This document shows, piece by piece, positions 49,323 to 58,767 of a stretch of DNA of 64,000 bases. The notes under the pieces were generated by a model that was not told where the DNA came from, ran no database searches, and saw nothing but the letters and a program-made list of their open reading frames with translations. A program made the translations under genes and the position numbers. Numbering within the stretch: the stretch's first letter is position 1; every line of letters starts with the position of its first letter. Source of the stretch: Verrucomicrobiota bacterium (GTDB lineage: Bacteria; Verrucomicrobiota; Verrucomicrobiia; Limisphaerales; Palsa-1400); contig JBEKYR010000010.1 in the NCBI GenBank assembly GCA_049510745.1, positions 32,001-96,000 on the forward strand. The letters are read 5' to 3'.

Positions 49323-50278
49323 GCTCGGCCGTGGCGCCGCCGCTTTTCGCGCGTTTCGAAGAACCGCCCCAGGGCCGCCGCATACGGTTCGCTGGCCCGC
49401 GCCTCGATGGTGTCGATCTTGGCCGAGCGCAACTGGCGGAACAGCTCGGACTGATGTTTGGCCCGGCGGAGGGCAAAGGCGCGGCGCTTGCGCGCGTCGT
49501 GCGTGTTGATCTCGATGGTTTCGCCGGTTTCGGCGTCGCTCAACTGCAACCGGCCCAGGGCGGGCAGTTCCAATTCAAAACGATCCACCACCTGGATGGC
49601 GATGACATCGTGGCGGCGGTTGGCCTGGCGAAGGGCCGGCAAGGTGCGCGGACCCAGCGTCGGCGAAACCAGATAGGCCGAGGCGCGGTTGGGATCATTG
49701 CGGGCGGCGGCGCCATGCTCGAAGAGGAAATCGGAAATAATCACGGCAATGGCGTGGCGGCGGGCCAAACGATTGAGCGCGTCGAGCGCCACGTTGAAAT
49801 TGGTGCCGCGCCGGCGGGGCTGGAAACAGAGGATTTCGCGAATCACGCGCAAGACGTGGCGCCGGCCTTTCCTGGGCGGGATGTATTTTTCCACTTCCTC
49901 GGTGAACAGGATCAGGCCGACCTTGTCGTTGTTGCGGATGGCGGAGAAGGCCAGGACCGAGCCGATCTCGGCCGCCAGCTCGCGTTTGGATTGGTCGCCG
50001 GAACCGAAGAGGCCCGACCCGCTCAGATCGACCACGAGCATGAGGGTCAGTTCGCGTTCCTCGACAAACTTCTTGACGAAGGGATGGTTCATGCGGGCGG
50101 TCACGTTCCAGTCGATGGAGCGGACCTCGTCGCCCGGCTGGTATTCGCGCACCTCCTCGAAATTCATGCCCTGGCCCTTGAAGACGCTGTGGTACTGCCC
50201 GCCCATCGTCTCGCTGACCAGGCGGGTGGTGCGCAGCTCGATCTGCCGGATTTTCTTGAGGATTTCGCGCGGGATCAT
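49319..50278 (-). CDS. DUF58-domain protein
   Basis: SVFKGQGMNFEEVREYQPGDEVRSIDWNVTAR, DLSGS, ISDF. Confidence 0.95.
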   Translation of the reverse strand: MIPREILKKIRQIELRTTRLVSETMGGQYHSVFKGQGMNFEEVREYQPGDEVRSIDWNVTARMNHPFVKKFVEERELTLMLVVDLSGSGLFGSGDQSKRELAAEIGSVLAFSAIRNNDKVGLILFTEEVEKYIPPRKGRRHVLRVIREILCFQPRRRGTNFNVALDALNRLARRHAIAVIISDFLFEHGAAARNDPNRASAYLVSPTLGPRTLPALRQANRRHDVIAIQVVDRFELELPALGRLQLSDAETGETIEINTHDARKRRAFALRRAKHQSELFRQLRSAKIDTIEARASEPYAAALGRFFETREKRRRHGRA

Positions 50279-50338
50279 GGGGGGAATTGCATGGCTGCAA
50301 ACTTGCCATCCGTCCGGGTATCAGGTAAAGTTCCTTGC

Positions 50339-50572
50339 ATGAGTGCGTCGGAAATTCTCGAAGCGGCGAAAGCTCTTCCGCAAGAAGAGCGGATCAAACT
50401 TGCGCAAGACTTTTGGGAAATTATCACGGAAGACGGATACGACCCCGATCTGACGCCGGAACAGGCGGCGGAACTTGATCGCCGTCTCGCTGACTTCGAA
50501 GCCAATCCGCACGAAGGAATTCCTTGGGAGCAAGTTAAGGCTGAACTCAGCCAGCGTTTCGGTTGGAAATGA
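50339..50572 (+). CDS. Addiction-module antitoxin (TIGR02574-like)
   Basis: MSASEILEAAKALPQEERIKLAQDFWE...ELDRRL...IPWEQVK; TTGCCA-17-TAAAGT promoter 7 nt before the ATG. Confidence 0.9.
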   Translation: MSASEILEAAKALPQEERIKLAQDFWEIITEDGYDPDLTPEQAAELDRRLADFEANPHEGIPWEQVKAELSQRFGWK

Positions 50573-50871
50573 GCCGCCGGGACATTTTCAAACGGGCGGC
50601 GCGCCTCGAATTCGTTGAGGCTACAGTTTGGTATGAAAAACAGCGCCCAGGATTGGGGCGGGAGTTCGTCTTGGAGGTCGAGCGCGCGCTGCAACGTGCG
50701 CAAGCCAATCCGGAACGTTTCCCAATGGTTCGGCGACAGGCCCGGAAGATTCGTTTGCGGCGATTTTCTCGTTACAGCATTTATTTCGCCGTCAAAGACG
50801 GAGCATTCTCCATTTTGGCGGTTTTTCACGGTTCGCGTGACCCGGAGGAACTCTGGCGGCGGCTGGGATGA
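50569..50871 (+). CDS. RelE/ParE-family toxin
   Basis: WYEKQRPGLGREF, NPERFP, RFSRYSIYF, ILAVFHGSRDP; ATGA overlap with the antitoxin. Confidence 0.9.
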   Translation: MSRRDIFKRAARLEFVEATVWYEKQRPGLGREFVLEVERALQRAQANPERFPMVRRQARKIRLRRFSRYSIYFAVKDGAFSILAVFHGSRDPEELWRRLG

Positions 50872-50879
50872 AAACTTCG

Positions 50880-50955
50880 CGAGCGCTTCGGCCACAACGT
50901 GGTTCGTGTGAATCTCGATCTGCCGGACGTTGTTGGTAATCTCTTGAGGAATCAT
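50880..50955 (-). pseudogene. Diverged duplicate of the DUF58 5' end
   Basis: MIPQEITNNVRQIEIHTNHVVAE vs MIPREILKKIRQIELRTTRLVSE; identical 14-mer at the same offset (50914-50927 and 50237-50250). Confidence 0.8.
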
Positions 50956-51021
50956 GGCTTGGAGAATGCACCTATTGGGTCGTTTCCAAATCGTAGAAAT
51001 GCCTCACGCATGGACTCCATC

Positions 51022-52014
51022 TCACGGCACGGGCAGTTCGTTGAAAATCTTGGTGATGATGGTCTCGCTGCTTTTTTCCTCGGCCTCCGCCTCGTAGGTC
51101 ACCGTCACCCGGTGGCGCAAGACATCCATCCCGATGCTCTTGACATCCTGCGGCGTGACGTAGCCGCGCCCGCGCAGAAAGGCATAGGCCTTGGCCGCGA
51201 GAGTCAAGGCAATGGTGGCGCGGGGCGAGGCGCCGAGTTGAATCAACCCTTGCAGGCCCGCGATTTTGTAGGCGGCCGGGTCGCGCGTGCAGCAGACCAG
51301 ATCGACGATGTAATCCTTGACCTTGTCGTCAATATAAATGTCGTTGAGCACCTGCCGGGCTTCGAGGACTTGCTGGGGAGAGACCACCCGGCCGGGGAAG
51401 GCCACGGCGCTGGTGCGGGCCATCAAATCCAGAATCTGCCGCTCCTCCTGGCGGGACGGGTAAACGATTTTGAGCTTCAACATGAAGCGGTCCACCTGCG
51501 CTTCGGGCAGCGGATAGGTGCCCTCCTGTTCGATTGGGTTCTGCGTCGCCAGGACCAGGAAGGGCTCCTCCAGTTTGAACGTCTGGTCGCCGATGGTGAC
51601 CTGCTTTTCCTGCATCGCTTCCAGCAACGCGCTTTGCACCTTGGCGGGCGAGCGGTTGATTTCGTCGGCCAGGATGAGGTTGGCGAAAATGGGGCCGCGC
51701 CGGGTGGTAAAAGCGCCGGTCTGCGGATTGTAGATTTGCGTGCCGATCAAGTCGGCGGGCAGGAGGTCCGGGGTGAATTGGAGCCGGGAAAACTTGACGT
51801 CGATGGCGGCGGCCAGAGCCTTGACGGAAAGGGTTTTGGCCAGGCCGGGAACGCCCTCCAAGAGGACGTGGCCGTTGGCCAGCAAGCCGATGACCAGGCG
51901 TTCGACGAGGTAAGTCTGGCCGACGACCACTTTGCCGATTTCGTTAAAGAGCGGGCGCGCAAAAGCGCTGGCCCGCTGCACTTGCTCGTTCAGGGCGCTG
52001 ATTCCGGTATTCAT
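51022..52014 (-). CDS. moxR: MoxR-family AAA+ ATPase
   Basis: EGVPGLAKT, QFTPDLLPAD, LADEINR, ATQNPIEQEGTYPLPEAQVDRF. Confidence 0.96.
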   Translation of the reverse strand: MNTGISALNEQVQRASAFARPLFNEIGKVVVGQTYLVERLVIGLLANGHVLLEGVPGLAKTLSVKALAAAIDVKFSRLQFTPDLLPADLIGTQIYNPQTGAFTTRRGPIFANLILADEINRSPAKVQSALLEAMQEKQVTIGDQTFKLEEPFLVLATQNPIEQEGTYPLPEAQVDRFMLKLKIVYPSRQEERQILDLMARTSAVAFPGRVVSPQQVLEARQVLNDIYIDDKVKDYIVDLVCCTRDPAAYKIAGLQGLIQLGASPRATIALTLAAKAYAFLRGRGYVTPQDVKSIGMDVLRHRVTVTYEAEAEEKSSETIITKIFNELPVP

Positions 52015-52083
52015 AGTCAAAAATTACGTATGCCAAAAAGACAACCCAAACCCAATTTTGTTCAGAAAAACCAAGGGTTTCGC

Positions 52084-52218
52084 TCAGGCGCACGTAAAAA
52101 CAGGAACCGTGATGGCAAGCTGGAATCGTTTCCTGGCCCAAAGCGCGAAACAGCGGCGGGACTCACCCGGCCAGAAAATGGCGGAAATGACGACGTTGGT
52201 GTCAACGACGACGTTCAT
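52084..52218 (-). pseudogene. Truncated PIN-domain toxin
   Basis: MNVVVDTNVVISAIFWPG... stops after 44 codons; ATGA overlap with the AbrB-like gene. Confidence 0.8.
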
Positions 52219-52490
52219 CCCCGCTTCCGCCGTTTTTCGTCGCGATATTCGGCGACAACCTCTCGCACCATTTCTTCGTCTTCAGCCGTTTGATAGCGAG
52301 TGAGCGATCCGGCGGTGGCGATGACGGCCCGCAGTTCCCGTTCCGTTGGCTCGGTCAGGGGTGTGACATACAATCCATCTCCGACCTCCGTCACGCGCAG
52401 GGTGGCGCCCGGCTTGATTTTCTTTCGTCGGCGGAATTCTTCCGGCAACTCCACTTGCCCTGTTTGCGAAACACTCACTGTCGTTGTCAT
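52215..52490 (-). CDS. AbrB/MazE-family antitoxin
   Basis: VSQTGQVELPEEFRRRKKIKPG. Confidence 0.88.
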   Translation of the reverse strand: MTTTVSVSQTGQVELPEEFRRRKKIKPGATLRVTEVGDGLYVTPLTEPTERELRAVIATAGSLTRYQTAEDEEMVREVVAEYRDEKRRKRG

Positions 52491-52520
52491 GGGCAAAGCT
52501 TACCTCATGGCTCGCCGGCT

Positions 52521-52871
52521 TTACAGTTCCAAAGTGTGTTTCAACGCCGCATCCACGGCTTTCATCCCCGGGAAGTTGCCCAGCACGGAATCAATTTCAG
52601 AATCCAGCACCGTCGCCAGATTGTCCGATATGATAACGGAGTCCAACCGCAGGCCGGTGGTTTTACCGTCCGCAGAATTGACGCCGACAAAAATCCGGCT
52701 TGAATGACCGCGCCGGGCAAGGTTGCTCGAAATCATGGCGACGATGGTTTGTGTCAAACCGCTGTCGAGGTTGTTCCGCTGAATGACCAACGCGGGACGA
52801 CGCTTAGCCGCGCGCAGATCGGAATTTGGGAAAAGCACCAGGACAACATCACCGCGCCGGGTCTTTGTCAT
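52521..52871 (-). CDS. MazF/PemK-family toxin
   Basis: RGDVVLVLFP, KRRPALVIQ, VAMISS, GLRLDS. Confidence 0.92.
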   Translation of the reverse strand: MTKTRRGDVVLVLFPNSDLRAAKRRPALVIQRNNLDSGLTQTIVAMISSNLARRGHSSRIFVGVNSADGKTTGLRLDSVIISDNLATVLDSEIDSVLGNFPGMKAVDAALKHTLEL

Positions 52872-53082
52872 AAATGTCGGCTTCAGGTCGTTCCCAATCG
52901 TTGGCGAACGTCTTCAATCGCGCGCGCAGTTCGGCGGCTTGAGCCTCGTCAATTCCCCGCGCCCGCAAGTCAACGCCGCTGGTTTCAAGGAAGGTCACCA
53001 GCACGCGTGATTGGTTCACTTGCGGAGGTGTCTCGACGAGTTCCACTTTGCCGTTTCTATATGTGCCTTCGACAGTCAGCAT
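52849..53082 (-). CDS. Putative antitoxin of the MazF-like toxin
   Basis: TVEGTYRNGKVEL N-terminus and acidic DWERPEADIYD tail; overlaps the toxin. Confidence 0.75.
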   Translation of the reverse strand: MLTVEGTYRNGKVELVETPPQVNQSRVLVTFLETSGVDLRARGIDEAQAAELRARLKTFANDWERPEADIYDKDPAR

Positions 53083-53126
53083 AACTACGATAAAAATAGC
53101 ATGCGTGGCCGGCTTTGTGAAGCCGA

Positions 53127-54056
53127 TTATGCCGTGGTAAAATCTCGCGCTTGGGCCGCGTCTTGGGCGATTTGCGCGCGGAGGGCGGCGGCGGACGGGA
53201 ATTTTTGTTCGTCGCGCAGTTTTTTCAGGAAGGTCAGTTCCAATTCCTGACCGTATATGTCCCGGTCGAAATCCAACAGGTGCGCTTCGACTTGAAGCGG
53301 CGGGGCGGCGGATGACACGGTGGGACGATGGCCGATGTTGACGGCCGCGCGCCAGCGGTTCGCGCCGACTTGCGCCTCCGCGACATAGACTCCCGAGGGC
53401 GGAACAACGATGCCTGTGACGTCCAGGTTGGCGGTGGGGAATCCCAGTTTGCGGCCGAAGCGTCCGCCTTGAATGACGGGGCCGCGGAGCGAGTAGGGAC
53501 GGCCCAGCATCCGGGCGGCGGCGTCGAAATCCCCGGCGCGGACCGCCTCGCGAATGCGCGTGCTGCTGACCGGCTGTCCGTCCCAGGTCACGTCGGGCAA
53601 GGCGTGGACCTGGAAGCGCAACTCAGCGCCCAATTGCCGGAGCAGGGCCACGTTGCCCGATCGTTTCCAGCCGAACAGGAAGGTGTCGCCCACGCAAATA
53701 GTTTCGATTTGACGGAAGTCGCGCGCCAGGGAGCGGATAAACTGTCCGCCGGGAATCTGGCTGAACGGCTTGTCAAAACGAATGACGCAGGCGGCTTCGA
53801 GGCCAAACGCGGCCAGGACCTCCAGTTTTTTGGAAAGCGGATAGATCAAGGGCGGCACACTGGCGGGCGCGACGATGGCGTTGGGATGACGGTCGAAGGT
53901 GACCGCCACCGTCACCGCCCGATGCCGCGCGGCGTCGGAAAGGGTCTGGCGGAGGACCTGTTGGTGGCCGAGGTGAACGCCGTCGAAGACGCCGATGGCC
54001 GCGCAGACGGGGCGCGAGCCGGCGGGGAGATCGGTGGCGGCGGCGAGGACCTTCAT
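53127..54056 (-). CDS. ribF: Riboflavin kinase / FAD synthetase
   Basis: GVFDGVHLGH, VSSTRIR, GFPTAN, EAHLLDF, LRDEQKF. Confidence 0.97.
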   Translation of the reverse strand: MKVLAAATDLPAGSRPVCAAIGVFDGVHLGHQQVLRQTLSDAARHRAVTVAVTFDRHPNAIVAPASVPPLIYPLSKKLEVLAAFGLEAACVIRFDKPFSQIPGGQFIRSLARDFRQIETICVGDTFLFGWKRSGNVALLRQLGAELRFQVHALPDVTWDGQPVSSTRIREAVRAGDFDAAARMLGRPYSLRGPVIQGGRFGRKLGFPTANLDVTGIVVPPSGVYVAEAQVGANRWRAAVNIGHRPTVSSAAPPLQVEAHLLDFDRDIYGQELELTFLKKLRDEQKFPSAAALRAQIAQDAAQARDFTTA

Positions 54057-54781
54057 CCGGGGGACATGTTTGACTGGGCCAGTTGCAAAAAGGGGATGAC
54101 GCGCTTTTGCAAATCGGCGGACGAAAGCTTGAGCGCCTCCTCGAAGGGGAGGGCGTTTTGGACGTCGAATTTGCCTGAGGCCACGCGGCGCAGAGTGGCC
54201 AGGTGCGCGCCGCACCCCATCTTGCGGCCCAGTTCGTCGGCCAGGGCGCGGACGTAGGTTCCCTTGGTGCAGGCGACGCGGAAACGGCCCAGCGGTTCGG
54301 CGTAGCCGGAAAAGCGGAAGCTGTAAACATGGATCAAACGGGCCTTGCGTTCGACCTCGATTCCCTTGCGCGCCATTTTGTAAAGGGGAACGCCTTTGAT
54401 CTTGACAGCCGAGACCATCGGCGGCGTTTGCATCAGGTCGCCCTGAAACGCGGCGGCGGCTTCGTTGAGTTCTTCCAGCGTCATGGGAGGCACCGGCAAT
54501 GACGACACCAGTTCGCCGTCGGCGTCAAAACTGTCCGTCGATTCCCCGAATTTGATCGTGCCTTCATAGACTTTGTCGTCGGACATGAGCTTTTCCGAGA
54601 GCTTGGTGCCTTTGCCCAGGACGATGATGAGCAGGCCGGTGGCGTTGGGGTCGAGCGTGCCGCAATGGCCCGCCTTTTCCAGGCGAAAGGCGCGGCGCAG
54701 GGCATCGACCACGTCGTGCGAGGTCGGCCCGGCGGGCTTGTCAATAAGAACCGCGCCGTCGAATGGATCGAATTCGCGCAT
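54053..54781 (-). CDS. truB: tRNA pseudouridine(55) synthase
   Basis: DKPAGPTSHDVV, GHCGTLDPNATG, PPMVSAVK, KGTYVR. Confidence 0.97.
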   Translation of the reverse strand: MREFDPFDGAVLIDKPAGPTSHDVVDALRRAFRLEKAGHCGTLDPNATGLLIIVLGKGTKLSEKLMSDDKVYEGTIKFGESTDSFDADGELVSSLPVPPMTLEELNEAAAAFQGDLMQTPPMVSAVKIKGVPLYKMARKGIEVERKARLIHVYSFRFSGYAEPLGRFRVACTKGTYVRALADELGRKMGCGAHLATLRRVASGKFDVQNALPFEEALKLSSADLQKRVIPFLQLAQSNMSPG

Positions 54782-54783
54782 GG

Positions 54784-55767
54784 TCAGCGGGCGGCGTCGA
54801 GGGCTTTTCTGACGGCGGCGATGACGCGGCGCTGGACGGAGAGCGGCTTGCCGGGGATGCGCGCCCCGGCCGCGGCGAGATGGCCGCCCCCGCCGAACTG
54901 GGCGGCGATTTCGTTGACATCGACGCGGGGGGACTTCGAGCGCAGGCTGATGCGCGTCAACTCCGGCTCGATTTCCTCAAAGACGCACGCCACCACGACC
55001 GGTTCGATGGCGCGGATGTGGTCGATGAGTCCCTCGGTGTCGCTGCGGTCGGCGCCGGTGCGGGCGAAGTCGCTTTTCTTGAGCCAGAGATAGGCAATCT
55101 GGTCGCGGTGGGTCAGGTGAAAATGATTATAGACGTGCTTGAGCAGGCGGACGCGGGAGAGGGAGAAGGACTGATAGACCTCGTGGCAGATCGTGTCCAC
55201 GTGCGCCCCCAGTTTCACCAACTGGCCGGCGGTGTGATAGGTCACCGGTTTGGTGGTCGGATACTGGAACGAGCCTGTGTCGGTGGAAACGGCGGTGAAG
55301 AGGCAGTCGGCAATGGCCGGCGTGATGGGCCAGCGGGCGGCTTGGAGGAGGCGGAAGATCAACTCGCCCGTCGAGGCCTCGCGGGCCGAAATCCAGTTCA
55401 AATCGCCGTAGCGCGTATTGCTCGGGTGATGATCGATGTTGATGAGGAACTTCCGCCGGCCGACGGCCGGCCCGACGTTGCCCAAGCGCTCGAAGGAGGC
55501 GCAATCGGCGGCGATGACCAGGTCGAATTCGCGCCCGTCGGCGGGCTTTTGCAGCAATTTGTCCGGGTCCAGGAAGGTGTATTTTTGCGGGGTGACGTCT
55601 TCGTTCCAGCAGGCGACCTCCTTGCCTTGCTTGCGCAGCGCCAGGGTCAGTCCGAGTTGGGAGCCGATGCAATCGCCATCCGGGCGGAGATGGCCGCCGA
55701 CGCAAATGGATTGGCTGTCGCCGATTTTTTCCAGGATGCGATCAATGATCTTCAAAGTGGGTTTCAT
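54784..55767 (-). CDS. nrnA: DHH/DHHA1 phosphoesterase (NrnA)
   Basis: HLRPDGDCIGS, IDHH, TDTGSF, SLRS, GGGH. Confidence 0.93.
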   Translation of the reverse strand: MKPTLKIIDRILEKIGDSQSICVGGHLRPDGDCIGSQLGLTLALRKQGKEVACWNEDVTPQKYTFLDPDKLLQKPADGREFDLVIAADCASFERLGNVGPAVGRRKFLINIDHHPSNTRYGDLNWISAREASTGELIFRLLQAARWPITPAIADCLFTAVSTDTGSFQYPTTKPVTYHTAGQLVKLGAHVDTICHEVYQSFSLSRVRLLKHVYNHFHLTHRDQIAYLWLKKSDFARTGADRSDTEGLIDHIRAIEPVVVACVFEEIEPELTRISLRSKSPRVDVNEIAAQFGGGGHLAAAGARIPGKPLSVQRRVIAAVRKALDAAR

Positions 55768-56117
55768 TCGGAGGACGGCGGAGGCTCCAGTTCATCGAGG
55801 ATGCGGAGGATGCGGTTGCCGCGCTCGACGGATTCGTCCAGAACAAAGCGCAGTTGGGGGGTGTATTTGAGGACAATGGCCCGGGCGAGCAGGCCCTGAA
55901 TGCGCTTGCGGTGGGTGTCGAGAGCTTCCATGGCCTTCTTTTTTTGGTCCGTGCCGCCCAGCACGCCGATAAAAACGGTGGCGTTGTGCAAATTGGGGGC
56001 GACGTCCACGTCGTTGACGTTGATCAAGCCGACTTGATCGACGGGCAGTTCCCGGCGGACGACCTCGCCGATCTGGCGCTTCAACAACTCGCGCACCCGT
56101 TCCAGTCTCAGGGACAT
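55764..56117 (-). CDS. rbfA: Ribosome-binding factor A
   Basis: RLERV, KYTPQLRFVLDESVE; follows infB. Confidence 0.96.
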   Translation of the reverse strand: MSLRLERVRELLKRQIGEVVRRELPVDQVGLINVNDVDVAPNLHNATVFIGVLGGTDQKKKAMEALDTHRKRIQGLLARAIVLKYTPQLRFVLDESVERGNRILRILDELEPPPSSE

Positions 56118-56133
56118 AGTTCCGTGCTCCTTC

Positions 56134-58689
56134 TCAGGTCAGTTTGGGGGCGACTTTTTCGGTGCTATAGCACTCGATGAGGTCGCCGGTTTGCATTTCG
56201 TTAAAGCCTTCGATGCGGATGCCGCACTCCATGCCGGCGCGCACTTCGTTGACGTCATCCTGGAAGCGGCGCAAGGTCTGGATGATGCCTTCGTAAATGA
56301 GGCCCTTGCGGCGCAGGACGCGGGCTTTGCCGCGCACCATGCGGCCGGAGTTGACGAGGCAGCCGGCGACGTTGCCGCCCTTGGACAACTCGAAAATCTT
56401 CCGCACCTCCGCCGAGCCGATGATGATTTCCTTGATGACCGGTTCGAGGAGTCCGGCCATGGCTTCCTTGACCTGGTCGATCAGCTCGTAAATGATCGAG
56501 TAAAGTTTGATCTGCACCCCTTCGCGCTTGGCCAGGTCGGCCACGTCCACGTCGATCCGCGTGTGGAATCCCAGGATGATGGCCGAGGAGGCCGAGGCCA
56601 GCAGCACATCCGATTCGGTGATCGTGCCGACCGCGCTGTGAATGACCTCCAGAGAAACCTGGCCCGCCTCGATCTTTTTGAGCGCTTCGACAATGGCCTC
56701 GACCGACCCCTGGGTATCGGCCTTGACGACGACCTTGAGGATTTTCGCCTGGGTCGCGTCGAGGGTGGCGAATAAATTTTCCAGGGTGACCTTGGCGCGC
56801 GTTTCGTTCGATTGGGTGCGGGCCAATTCGGCGCGTTGCTCGGCCAGGTCGCGCGCGTTTTTTTCGTCCTCCAGGACGCTGAACTCCAGGCCGGCTTCGG
56901 GCACGCCGTTGAGGCCGAGAATTCTGACGGCGACCGACGGACCGGCATCTTTTTGGCGGTCTCCCTCCTCGCTGATCAAGGCGCGGACTTTGCCCCAGAA
57001 AGGGCCGCAAATGACGACGTCGCCGACGCGCAAGGTGCCTTTGCGGACCAGGACGGTGGCGGTGGGGCCGCCGGGTTCGAGGCCGGATTCGATGACGTTG
57101 CCTTTGGCGCGGCGGTTGGGGTTGGCCTTCAGTTCCAGGAGGTCGGCCTGGAGCAGGATCATTTCCAGCAATTTGTCCACTCCCTGCTTGGTCAGGGCGG
57201 AAACATCGACGAAGATGGTTTCGCCGCCCCAATCGTCCGGCGCCAGCCCTTTTTCCTGGAGTTGCTGGCGGACTTTCATAGGGTTGGCGTTCGGGTGGTC
57301 GCACTTGTTGACAGCTACGATGATCGGGGCCTTGGCCGCCTGGGCGTGGCTCAGGGCCTCCAACGTCTGCGGCATGACGCCGTCGTTGGCCGCCACCACC
57401 AGCACGACAATATCCGTCACCGTCGCGCCCCGCGCGCGCATGGCGCTGAAGGCGGCGTGGCCGGGCGTGTCGAGAAAGGTGATTTGTTGGAGCTCGTTTT
57501 TGCGCTCGGGATGCGGAAAGGAAATTGTGTAGGCCCCAATGTGCTGGGTGATGCCGCCGGCCTCGCCCGCCGCGACGTTGGACTTGCGGATCACGTCCAG
57601 CAGCGTCGTTTTGCCGTGGTCCACGTGCCCCATGATCGTGACGACGGGCGCCCGCGGTTTCATGTCTTCGGGCTTGTCTTCGACATCCAGCTCCACCTTC
57701 CTGACCGGGGTGTGGGCGCCGGCGCCGCGCTCGCGTTTTTCCACCTCGAAGCGGAAGCCGTATTTGGCGCAAATCCGCTGCGCCACATCCTCGTCAATCG
57801 ATTGATTGACGTTGGCGAAAACCCCCACTTCCATCAGATCGGCGATGATCTGGAATGGCTTGCGCTTTAATTGGTCGGCCATATCCCGCACGATGATGGG
57901 CGGCTTGAGGGTGATGAGTTGCCCGGTGGCCGGCGGGACAAATTTCTCCGGGGCCTTGGCGGATACGGGCGCGGGCGCCGCCGTTCTTTGGGGTGCCCTT
58001 TGTGCCGGCCTCTGACCGGACTGCGCTGGCGCGGCGGGAGCCGCAACGCCTGGCCCCCGGCGAATATCGCCGCGGCCAATAACGCCGGTTCGCCCGCCGG
58101 CGGACGCGCCTCGTCCGGCGCTTTTGTCCGCCGGCTGCCGCGGCGCGGGCTTGGGCGGCAGTTGCACCCAACCGACCTTTTCCCCGATCTTCGGCGTGGG
58201 GGGAGGCGGCGGCGGGGCGGGCGCTTTCGGGACTTCAACCGGGGCCGCTGGCGCCGGCGCTTCGGCTGCCGGGGTCTCAGAAATGGCTGGCGCAGAGGGT
58301 GTTTCGACGGCTGGCGTGACCGTTTCGGGAGCCGGCACGACAACGCTCACCGCCGGGGGAGCCGCAGTTTCGAGCGGAGGCGGCGCGGGCGGCGCGGGCG
58401 GGGTGATCGCTTCAACGGCCGGGGCCGCTTCGGTAATCAGGGTGATCGGAGGATGCGTTTCGACGGCGGCCGGAGCTGGGGCGGGAGGTTCAGGCGGCGG
58501 CGCGGCCGGGGCCGCGGCTGGCGGCGGAAGCAATTTGGCCAACTCGATTTCGAGGAATTCAGCGGTAATTTTGTCCAGGGAACTGGACGGCACTTTGGCC
58601 TGGGCAATGCCCAGGTCCCTGGCCTTGGCAAGGACTTCCTTGCTTTCGATGCCAAGCTTCTTTGCTAAATCGTAAATGCGAACAGGCAT
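56134..58689 (-). CDS. infB: Translation initiation factor IF-2
   Basis: [32 protein letters not shown]; Pro/Ala-rich linker. Confidence 0.98.
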   Translation of the reverse strand: MPVRIYDLAKKLGIESKEVLAKARDLGIAQAKVPSSSLDKITAEFLEIELAKLLPPPAAAPAAPPPEPPAPAPAAVETHPPITLITEAAPAVEAITPPAPPAPPPLETAAPPAVSVVVPAPETVTPAVETPSAPAISETPAAEAPAPAAPVEVPKAPAPPPPPPTPKIGEKVGWVQLPPKPAPRQPADKSAGRGASAGGRTGVIGRGDIRRGPGVAAPAAPAQSGQRPAQRAPQRTAAPAPVSAKAPEKFVPPATGQLITLKPPIIVRDMADQLKRKPFQIIADLMEVGVFANVNQSIDEDVAQRICAKYGFRFEVEKRERGAGAHTPVRKVELDVEDKPEDMKPRAPVVTIMGHVDHGKTTLLDVIRKSNVAAGEAGGITQHIGAYTISFPHPERKNELQQITFLDTPGHAAFSAMRARGATVTDIVVLVVAANDGVMPQTLEALSHAQAAKAPIIVAVNKCDHPNANPMKVRQQLQEKGLAPDDWGGETIFVDVSALTKQGVDKLLEMILLQADLLELKANPNRRAKGNVIESGLEPGGPTATVLVRKGTLRVGDVVICGPFWGKVRALISEEGDRQKDAGPSVAVRILGLNGVPEAGLEFSVLEDEKNARDLAEQRAELARTQSNETRAKVTLENLFATLDATQAKILKVVVKADTQGSVEAIVEALKKIEAGQVSLEVIHSAVGTITESDVLLASASSAIILGFHTRIDVDVADLAKREGVQIKLYSIIYELIDQVKEAMAGLLEPVIKEIIIGSAEVRKIFELSKGGNVAGCLVNSGRMVRGKARVLRRKGLIYEGIIQTLRRFQDDVNEVRAGMECGIRIEGFNEMQTGDLIECYSTEKVAPKLT

Positions 58690-58767
58690 ATTCTTCTGTC
58701 TGCCAACTGGCCCGCGGAGTTTTCATGCGGTCAACATGTCAACAGGGCGGCCCTTCAAATCATCTGA

